DNA of 64,000 nucleotides from an uncultured Verrucomicrobiota bacterium (GTDB lineage Bacteria; Verrucomicrobiota; Verrucomicrobiia; Palsa-1439): NCBI GenBank assembly GCA_903847335.1, contig CAINDI010000069.1, positions 1,677 to 65,676 of the forward strand, read 5' to 3'. Shown piece by piece: positions 57,643 to 64,000 of this stretch (position 1 is its first letter; each line of letters starts with the position of its first letter). The notes under the pieces were generated by a model. It saw only the letters and a program-made list of their open reading frames with translations, ran no database searches and was not told where the DNA came from. The position numbers and the translations under genes were made by a program.

Positions 57643-60295
57643 TTTTCACCTGCTTCCATTTGGTTATATCAATGAAGCTAATCACGACACCTTCAATCAC
57701 ATGGTCGAGCGTCCGGTACGGCAAGATGCGAAGAGTGAACCACTGACCGGCCGTGGTTTGCACTTCCACTTCTTTGGCAATCAGACTGTCGAGCACGGAT
57801 TGCGCGTCGGCCACCAGTGCGCTGTAATTGACAAGATTGGAAACAATGTGACCCACCGGTCGCCCGACATCGCTCTGAATCAAATTAATCATCTTGGTGA
57901 CCGCCGGTGTAAACCGCAGGATGCGCAGTTGCTGGTCCACAAACACCGTGCCGATCCCGGTCCCGCCCAGCAGATTGTTCATGTCGTTGTTCAGCCGCGA
58001 CAAATCCGTCACCTTGGCTTGCAGCTCGGTATTCACCGTGTTCAGTTCCTCGTTCACCGATTGCAATTCTTCCTTGGAAGTCTCCAACTCTTCGTTGGTG
58101 GATTGCAACTCCTCGTTCACCGACTGCATTTCTTCATTGGAAGATTTCATCTCTTCGTTAGCTGTCTCCAACTCCTCATTGGCCGTCTGCAAATATTCTT
58201 CCTTGGTGCGCAACTCCCGTTTGAGCGCCGCAATCCGCGCATCCACGTCTTCCGCCGACGGCTTGTGCGACGTAGTAGCCGGTACCAAACTCGGTGCAGT
58301 GACCGGCGGCGCATCTTCCAACAGGACAATGTAAAGCGGCGTCTCAATCGCCACGCTCCGGCTGTTCGCCACCGGACGAACCGACAGATTCACCAGCGTG
58401 AAATCGCCATTGGTTTTTACACGCAATCCCGGCCGGCGCACCAGCTCGTGCGTGACCACAGCTTGCTGGAGTGCGGTGGTCAATTCGCGCCGTAATCCTT
58501 CGCGCGCCATTTTCAAAATATTATTCACGTCGGCCTCACCGGCGGATGGTTCCAAGAACCGGCCCGTGCGACCGTGGAGATAAAGGATGTCGCCCCGGTT
58601 ATTGACGAGTGCCGCCGCCGGCGCAATTTGCGCCAGGAGCGTTTGCTCCGTCAGTTCGCGCAGCGATTGTTTCCGGGAGGTGCTTTTCTTACCGGCCACA
58701 GGTTTTTCCTCCGGCATAATCATCGGTGGAAGGAACCGGCCCAACAGTGCGCGTTGGACACGATGGAAATCTTCTTTCCGCTGGTAAATCTTCGCCTTGC
58801 GGTCCAGTCCGTCAAACAAATCGTTGAATTCGCCTACGGTTTCCGAGGTGCCGAGGAATAGAAACCCATTCGGATTCAGCGCGTAGTGGAACAGCGGAAT
58901 AATCTTCTTCTGCAACTCGCTGCCCATATAAATCAGGAGGTTCCGGCACGAAATCAGGTCGAGCTTCGAGAACGGCGGGTCTTTGATGACGCTCTGTTCG
59001 GAAAAGACGAGGATGTCACGGATGGCTTTGTTCACCCGGTATTTATCGCCGCCCGGTTCAATCGTAAAATAGCGCGCCAACCGTTCCGGTGAAATATCCA
59101 CAGCAATACTCGCGGGATAAACCCCGGTGCGCGCCGTGGCAATCGCCTGACTGTCAATGTCGGTGGCGAAAACCTGCACTTGAAAACTTTGCTTTAGCGT
59201 CTCCTGCCGTTCGGTCAGCAGGATGGCAATGGAATACGCCTCTTCACCGGTGGAACAACCCGGCACCCAGACGCGAATCGAACCGCCGGCCACTTTGTTG
59301 GCAAACAACTTGGCGACTACTTGTTCATCCAACGCCTTGAACACTTCCGGGTCGCGGAAGAAATTCGTCACGCCAATCAGCAAATCGCGGAACAACGCTT
59401 CCACCTCGACCGGCGTCTGCTGCAAAAATTTGACATAGCCCTCCAGCGTCGCAATCTGATGCACCGCCATGCGCCGTTCGACGCGCCGGTGGATGGTGTT
59501 CGGTTTGTATTGGGAAAAATCGAAGCCGGTCTGCGCACGGAGCAGGATGAACGCTTTCTTGAGCGCATTCTCCAGTATCGGTTCCGGCGCGTCGTCCGGA
59601 CGTGGTCGCTTGCCAAATGCGTGGCTCACATAGGCAATAATCTGCGCCGGCATTTCCGCCGGTGGCAATTCGTAGTCCACCAAGCCAGTGCCGATAGCGC
59701 TACGCGGCATGCCATCGTATTCAGTGGACGATGGATTCTGCGCCATCACCATCCCGCCTTCGCCTTTGATGGCGCGGACGCCGAGTGTGCCATCGCTGCC
59801 GGTGCCGGAGAGCACCACGCAAATCGCGCGCTCGTGTTGGTCTTGCGCCAGCGACCGGAAGAAGAAATCAATCGGCAACCGCTGGCCACGCGGCGAGATT
59901 GGCTCCAGCAATTGCAGTGCACCGTTGAGGAACGCCATGTCGCGGCCCGGCGGGATGATATACGCGCAGTTGGGCTGCACCACCATACCGTCTTCCACCT
60001 CGAAGACTTGCATCCGGGTGTAGCGCCGGATTAATTCGGTGAGAATGCTTTTGTGGTCCGGCGCCAGATGTTGCACCAACACGAACGCCATCCCCGGATC
60101 GGTGTCCGCCGGCATCCCAGAGAAAAACGCTTCAAACGCCGCCAGCCCGCCCGCCGACGCACCAATCCCAACGATGGGAAATGTTGAACTGGGGGGAATC
60201 AGCGGTAAAACGTCCGGTATCGGGGTGGTTTTTGATTTATTCAGCGCGAACGTCTTGGCTTTTTTCATAGTTACCCCAGCCGATACAATCAACAT
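57635..60295 (-). CDS. CheB methylesterase / CheR methyltransferase fusion protein with heptad coiled-coil and PAS domain
   Basis: 886 aa; N-terminal CheB catalytic domain (GIGASAGGLAAFE...VLSGTGSDGT), CheR SAM-binding domain (FFRDPEVF...RVWVPGCSTGEEAYSIAILL), NEEL-type repeat tract, C-terminal PAS. Confidence 0.8.
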   Translation of the reverse strand: MLIVSAGVTMKKAKTFALNKSKTTPIPDVLPLIPPSSTFPIVGIGASAGGLAAFEAFFSGMPADTDPGMAFVLVQHLAPDHKSILTELIRRYTRMQVFEVEDGMVVQPNCAYIIPPGRDMAFLNGALQLLEPISPRGQRLPIDFFFRSLAQDQHERAICVVLSGTGSDGTLGVRAIKGEGGMVMAQNPSSTEYDGMPRSAIGTGLVDYELPPAEMPAQIIAYVSHAFGKRPRPDDAPEPILENALKKAFILLRAQTGFDFSQYKPNTIHRRVERRMAVHQIATLEGYVKFLQQTPVEVEALFRDLLIGVTNFFRDPEVFKALDEQVVAKLFANKVAGGSIRVWVPGCSTGEEAYSIAILLTERQETLKQSFQVQVFATDIDSQAIATARTGVYPASIAVDISPERLARYFTIEPGGDKYRVNKAIRDILVFSEQSVIKDPPFSKLDLISCRNLLIYMGSELQKKIIPLFHYALNPNGFLFLGTSETVGEFNDLFDGLDRKAKIYQRKEDFHRVQRALLGRFLPPMIMPEEKPVAGKKSTSRKQSLRELTEQTLLAQIAPAAALVNNRGDILYLHGRTGRFLEPSAGEADVNNILKMAREGLRRELTTALQQAVVTHELVRRPGLRVKTNGDFTLVNLSVRPVANSRSVAIETPLYIVLLEDAPPVTAPSLVPATTSHKPSAEDVDARIAALKRELRTKEEYLQTANEELETANEEMKSSNEEMQSVNEELQSTNEELETSKEELQSVNEELNTVNTELQAKVTDLSRLNNDMNNLLGGTGIGTVFVDQQLRILRFTPAVTKMINLIQSDVGRPVGHIVSNLVNYSALVADAQSVLDSLIAKEVEVQTTAGQWFTLRILPYRTLDHVIEGVVISFIDITKWKQVKNE

Positions 60296-60325
60296 ACGCG
60301 CATCGCCGGCAACTACAATGACTAA

Positions 60326-61240
60326 TTACGCCGGCGGATTCCACCAGCAATTCCCCTTCCCGTCAATCGCCGCACCGGCGCGCCGCCGAATGTCGGCCAT
60401 TTGCGCCGGTGACAATGCTTGGAAATTACTGGCCGCGGCATACGCCGCATCTTGTTCATTCGGAAAACTCAACCCCAGCAAGGTGACATCCGGGTCGCAC
60501 GTCAGCGTATAATGCAGACATTCTTCCACACTCAAGCGCGGTAAGACCGCCGCGCCGGTATCGCTACCGCCGGAGCTTAATTTTCCACGTGGTCGTTTGG
60601 ATAATGGCCGGCTATAACCTTCTGTGTCGCCCAATAGTTTACCGGCCCCAAATGTCTTAATACCAATCGTGCCGACCCGATGCTGCCGAGCCAGCGGCAA
60701 AATCTCCGTGATGTATCGTTCATCCACAGCCGCACCAATCGGAAACATCACCACATCGCAGAAACCAGACGGAATCGCCTCACGGAGCACCGCCGGATTG
60801 TGAGAGGAAATCCCCCGAAAACGCGACAGGCCAGCTAACTCTTCAAACCGCAACTGGCGCCAATCTTCCAGCGTGCTGACGCCGTGAAATAAAAATAAAT
60901 CCACATCTGAAAAACCTAACCGTTGCCAACTCGCTTCGACTTGTGGGCGCACCGGTGCGGCTAGTTCATCAATCTTATCAATCACAAAGATACCAGCCCG
61001 ACGGCCTTTCAGTGCCGCGCTGACAATTTCTTCGCTGTACCCGGTCTCATACATTGGCGCGGTATCAATCACGTTGAGCCCGGCATCTAAGGCGCGACGG
61101 ATTGTGGCGACGCAATCCGGTAACGGCACCTTCCGGTCGGCTAAATCACCGATGCCGAGTTGGGTAGCGCAGAAGCCAGTCCGTCCAAGTTCACGGCGTG
61201 GCGTGAAAATCGGTTTTTCCATACCGGCGACGGAAGCCAT
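60326..61240 (-). CDS. aldo/keto reductase
   Basis: 304 aa; AKR TIM-barrel motifs (LGRTGFCATQLGIG, IDTAPMYE, GISSHN). Confidence 0.8.
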   Translation of the reverse strand: MASVAGMEKPIFTPRRELGRTGFCATQLGIGDLADRKVPLPDCVATIRRALDAGLNVIDTAPMYETGYSEEIVSAALKGRRAGIFVIDKIDELAAPVRPQVEASWQRLGFSDVDLFLFHGVSTLEDWRQLRFEELAGLSRFRGISSHNPAVLREAIPSGFCDVVMFPIGAAVDERYITEILPLARQHRVGTIGIKTFGAGKLLGDTEGYSRPLSKRPRGKLSSGGSDTGAAVLPRLSVEECLHYTLTCDPDVTLLGLSFPNEQDAAYAAASNFQALSPAQMADIRRRAGAAIDGKGNCWWNPPA

Positions 61241-61249
61241 TGCGAAGTG

Positions 61250-63235
61250 CTAGCCTTTGTAATGATGAAACATACTGGCGAGCAGAATCAGTTCGGGATG
61301 TGCCGCCTGTAACTTCGGCAAGACCACGCGGATTCGCGACTGATACGCCGCCAACTTTTCACGCAACGGCTGGAGATCGTCAATCTTGTCCCAATGCAAA
61401 CTCTGCAAGTCGAGGACGAGCTTAGCTTTGCTCTGAGCGAGTGAATCGTGAATCCGCTGACCGAGACCGGCGGAGTGCGCCGAGGAAAGCGCGCCTTCCA
61501 AGCGGAGCCAGACTTGCTTCCGAGCGTGTTGAAGCTCGACTTGAACATCCAGCTCCGGAATCGCGACTTCGCTCGGCAATTTTTCCCACAGGTGAAATGC
61601 CTTCCAACCTCGACTCGGCAACCGGTACTCGGTCCGAATCAGTTTTGGATTTTGGAAAAGATTAAACTTGAGCGTGATGGCCGTCCAAATCGCCGCGCCA
61701 ATTCCGAGCACGGACTTGAAAGTCTGCGCCAGTGTTGGCTTGCCGAGTTCCGCGATGATTTGCTGTTCCAGCGTCCCAATCCACCGGCGGATAATTTGAT
61801 TCGGGCCAAAAACTCGCCCAGCCAGAAATACCGGATAAGCGCACCGCAAGTTGTCGGCGTAGATTTCCGCCTTTTTCCGGAGGAGCGGATTCGGTGAGTT
61901 CTTGAGCTTCTGGTAACCCAGAAATTGATTTTCAAGAGTTCGGAAAATACTCGGGCCGAGCCGTTGAAAATCCTGCTCGAAACACCAGCGTTGAAGATTC
62001 TCAATCTCTTCCGGTGACAGCGTCGGGTGTTTCATCATCGTGGTGAACCCGTCCGCGCGCCGGTAAAGCATCTCGGGGTTTTGCACGTATTTTTCGTGAA
62101 GCAAATTCTCGCGATGCACCCGTTCATTAAACGGCGTACCGGGCACCGGCCCGTAAATCAAATACTGGCCGAGCGCCGGCTTAAGCTTCATCAATCCGTC
62201 GAGTTCTTGCGCAATAACCTCCGGTGTTTGGTAATCGAAACCAATAATCATCGAGGTTAGAATCGTGATTCCGTGTTCGCGAAATTCCGTCAGAATTTCG
62301 CCCACCGGCCGGCCTTGCTGCTTCGCGTAACCGGAGCGCGTGCCTTCGTAGCCAATCCAGAAACCGTCAATTCCCATTTCGAGAATCTCTTCGACGGTAT
62401 ACTGACTGATTGCCTTGATGCTGGAGAATGCAAAAATCGAAAGCGATTTCCCACTCTGCATTACCGCCTCGCGAAACTCCATGGCGCGTTTTTTATTCAA
62501 CAGGAAATCTTCATCGATAATCAAGAAGACCAGATTCGGATCAGTGTCGAGATACCGCTCGATGACATTATAGATGTCGCGCCCTGTCGGCAAAAGTTTG
62601 ATGTGTTTGCGTTTGAAGAAATGCGACGTGCAGCAGAAATCGCAACCATTCGGACAGCCGAGACCCGCAAAAATCTTACCGGTGCCAGAAACCTTCCATC
62701 CGAACACCTTCAGCCAGCTCACAATCAACGGATTCTTGTACGGCATCGGAATCTCCGGCTCGCCCAGCAGCCGACGCATGAACGCAACGCCTTCTTCCCG
62801 GCAGATAAAATCGGAATACGGCTGCAACTCTTCATCGGTCAAAATCGTGCCATAACCGCCAAGAATGATTTTTGTATTCGGCGCATACTTCCGCACCAAC
62901 GCCGCCATGTCTTTCACCTTGTGAAAAATCGCCATCAGGAACGAAATCCCAACGTAATCGTAGCCTTTCTTGAGCTCCTTAATAAACTCCCGCTTCGACG
63001 GGTACTGCAACACCACCGTCGGCGAGTCGAGATTTTCCGCGATGTATTCGAGCGAGAATTGCACGTTCACCGTCCGCGGACTAAAAATTCCCTGCGCTCG
63101 AGTCACTTGCCGGTACAGCAATTCATAGCCCACCGACGGCGCATCGCCGTATTGTGGTCCCATCGGTCGGCAAACAGTTGTCAATAATATGGTTTTTTTC
63201 ATTAAACTCGGTTCATTGCGGTCAAGAAACGCCAC
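61250..63235 (-). CDS. B12-binding radical SAM protein with C-terminal STAS-like (anti-sigma-factor-antagonist-like) domain
   Basis: 661 aa; N-terminal B12-binding domain, radical-SAM cysteine motif CPNGCDFCC, and a C-terminal ~100 aa resembling a STAS domain (LRLEGALSSAHSAGLGQRIHDSL...KLVLDLQSLHWDKIDDLQPLREKL...RVVL). Confidence 0.65.
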   Translation of the reverse strand: MAFLDRNEPSLMKKTILLTTVCRPMGPQYGDAPSVGYELLYRQVTRAQGIFSPRTVNVQFSLEYIAENLDSPTVVLQYPSKREFIKELKKGYDYVGISFLMAIFHKVKDMAALVRKYAPNTKIILGGYGTILTDEELQPYSDFICREEGVAFMRRLLGEPEIPMPYKNPLIVSWLKVFGWKVSGTGKIFAGLGCPNGCDFCCTSHFFKRKHIKLLPTGRDIYNVIERYLDTDPNLVFLIIDEDFLLNKKRAMEFREAVMQSGKSLSIFAFSSIKAISQYTVEEILEMGIDGFWIGYEGTRSGYAKQQGRPVGEILTEFREHGITILTSMIIGFDYQTPEVIAQELDGLMKLKPALGQYLIYGPVPGTPFNERVHRENLLHEKYVQNPEMLYRRADGFTTMMKHPTLSPEEIENLQRWCFEQDFQRLGPSIFRTLENQFLGYQKLKNSPNPLLRKKAEIYADNLRCAYPVFLAGRVFGPNQIIRRWIGTLEQQIIAELGKPTLAQTFKSVLGIGAAIWTAITLKFNLFQNPKLIRTEYRLPSRGWKAFHLWEKLPSEVAIPELDVQVELQHARKQVWLRLEGALSSAHSAGLGQRIHDSLAQSKAKLVLDLQSLHWDKIDDLQPLREKLAAYQSRIRVVLPKLQAAHPELILLASMFHHYKG

Positions 63236-63381
63236 TCCGCTTATTTTGGGATGGAGAGCTGCAACTTGGTTCCGGCGAGACTAGAGCCGTCCGCTCCGGA
63301 AGTCAAAGACCAATTCACGCGCACCAGCAGTCTACCCGCTCCAACCTTTACGCCTGCGCCCGATTATGCGATACATATGAA

Positions 63382-64000
63382 ATGAAGCAGGAACAGATAA
63401 CCACTGCGCTGGCCGACATCCGCGCCGAGCAAGACCCAACGCTCAAAGCCCAAAAGTTGGCGTCGCTCTGTTCGGCGGTATTTCGCGAGCGCGGCTTCGA
63501 ACTGGTCGTCGTGGGCGGCTCAGCCATTGAGTTTTATACCGAAGGCGCGTACACCTCCGGTGATGTTGACTTATGCGTCTTACGTCCCGCACAAACGATT
63601 CCACTCCGTCTTCGTCAAGAAGTCATGGGCGAATTAGCTGCCGAAGGTGGCCCACGTAGTTGGCAGGTCGCGGGACTGTTTGTGGATTTGCTGGGCGTGG
63701 TTGAAAAAGAAGGCCAAACACCCATTCGTCAGTTGCAGGGGCCGTATGGCGCAGTGAATCTGATTGATCCCGAAGAATTGTTAGTCGAGCGGCTATTAGT
63801 TGCAGTGTATCCGTCCCCCAATCCGTCCGCCCGTGCTTGTGCCAAAGAACTACTCGGGGTCGCCCTCACCGGTCGCGTCACCGTTGACTGGGCAGAAGTG
63901 CAAAAACTGGCCATTGCTCCGGGGTACAAAGTGCTACCGGAATTGACCGAACTGGTCCGGGAGGTTGCCAATGAACTCAAAGTCAGAAATCCCTACGATC
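63382..64000 (+). CDS. nucleotidyltransferase-fold protein (Pol-beta superfamily), 3'-partial at window edge
   Basis: Not in the ORF track (no stop inside the window). My translation begins MKQEQITTALADIRAEQDP...; it contains the hGS-x(9-13)-DhD NTase signature (VVGGSAIEFYTEGAYTSGDVDLCV). Confidence 0.4.
   Translation, partial: MKQEQITTALADIRAEQDPTLKAQKLASLCSAVFRERGFELVVVGGSAIEFYTEGAYTSGDVDLCVLRPAQTIPLRLRQEVMGELAAEGGPRSWQVAGLFVDLLGVVEKEGQTPIRQLQGPYGAVNLIDPEELLVERLLVAVYPSPNPSARACAKELLGVALTGRVTVDWAEVQKLAIAPGYKVLPELTELVREVANELKVRNPYD

Noticed and set aside
57701-58495. 264-aa plus-strand ORF with internal repeats, antisense to the CheB/CheR gene
   Set aside because: Mirror image of the NEEL heptad coding repeat. 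The repetitive antisense translation (LQLFVGGLQLLVHRLHFF...) is a by-product of the sense-strand repeat.
62273-63187. 304-aa plus-strand ORF antisense to the B12-radical SAM gene
   Set aside because: No motifs. The sense-strand protein has unambiguous rSAM and B12 signatures, so the antisense ORF is spurious.
1-64000. Searched for CRISPR arrays, rRNA genes, IS elements or transposases, and integrases
   Set aside because: No regularly spaced direct repeats, no rRNA-like conserved stretches, and no DDE or tyrosine-recombinase motifs (R..HxxR..Y) were seen in any ORF. The only mobile element evident is the integrase-less filamentous prophage.

Overview
This 64-kb window looks like bacterial chromosome with moderately high GC. 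The compact RpoD-like sigma factor, an 11-subunit nuo operon without nuoEFG, GH57 and PPDK hint at an FCB- or PVC-like Gram-negative lineage, but that placement is uncertain. Almost all of the window is coding. The housekeeping content is:
- an operon at 6-6251 (+) encoding 5-formyl-THF cyclo-ligase, RNase Y, a YmdB-like phosphoesterase, an amidohydrolase, BioF and BioA;
- nfo, trmL, sod, a GT2 glycosyltransferase, a Trm112-like gene and larC;
- a GH57 enzyme, galT, rsmI, an acyl-CoA synthetase, a prepilin-peptidase-like protein and aroE;
- a 12-gene NADH:quinone oxidoreductase operon on the minus strand, ordered nuoA-B-C-D-I-H-J-K-L-M-M-N, with two nuoM paralogs;
- a PIG-L family deacetylase, a tRNA-Pro(TGG), recQ, a 3-methyladenine glycosylase, ppdK, a sigma-70 factor and apt;
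- a hybrid PAS histidine kinase, a CheB/CheR fusion, an aldo-keto reductase, a B12-binding radical-SAM protein with a C-terminal STAS-like domain, and a partial nucleotidyltransferase-fold gene at the 3' edge.

Two accessory regions stand out.
- An integrated filamentous-phage (inovirus-like) element of about 7.2 kb at 11175-18401. It is flanked by perfect 17-bp direct repeats (TAGCGGTTATATCTAAT). It encodes a Zot/pI assembly ATPase, a pVI-like protein, a pIII-like adsorption protein, two tandem major-coat (pVIII-like) paralogs with a duplicated leader and ribosome-binding site, several tiny hydrophobic ORFs, a membrane-anchored DUF2726/NERD-like nuclease-fold protein, and a compact HUH rolling-circle Rep carrying all three RCR motifs. 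No integrase and no secretin gene is present.
- A corrinoid-dependent methyl-transfer cassette at 40813-48598, immediately downstream of the tRNA-Pro. It encodes a RACo-like reductive activator (2Fe-2S plus ASKHA domain), a DUF1638 protein, two AraC regulators, a cobalamin-binding corrinoid protein (DxHxxG), a PhyH-family Fe/2OG dioxygenase, a URO-D/MtaA-like TIM-barrel protein, and a homocysteine S-methyltransferase-domain protein. This looks like an uncharacterised split, MetH-like methyltransferase system that uses an unknown methyl donor.

No rRNA genes, CRISPR arrays, IS elements or transposases were seen.
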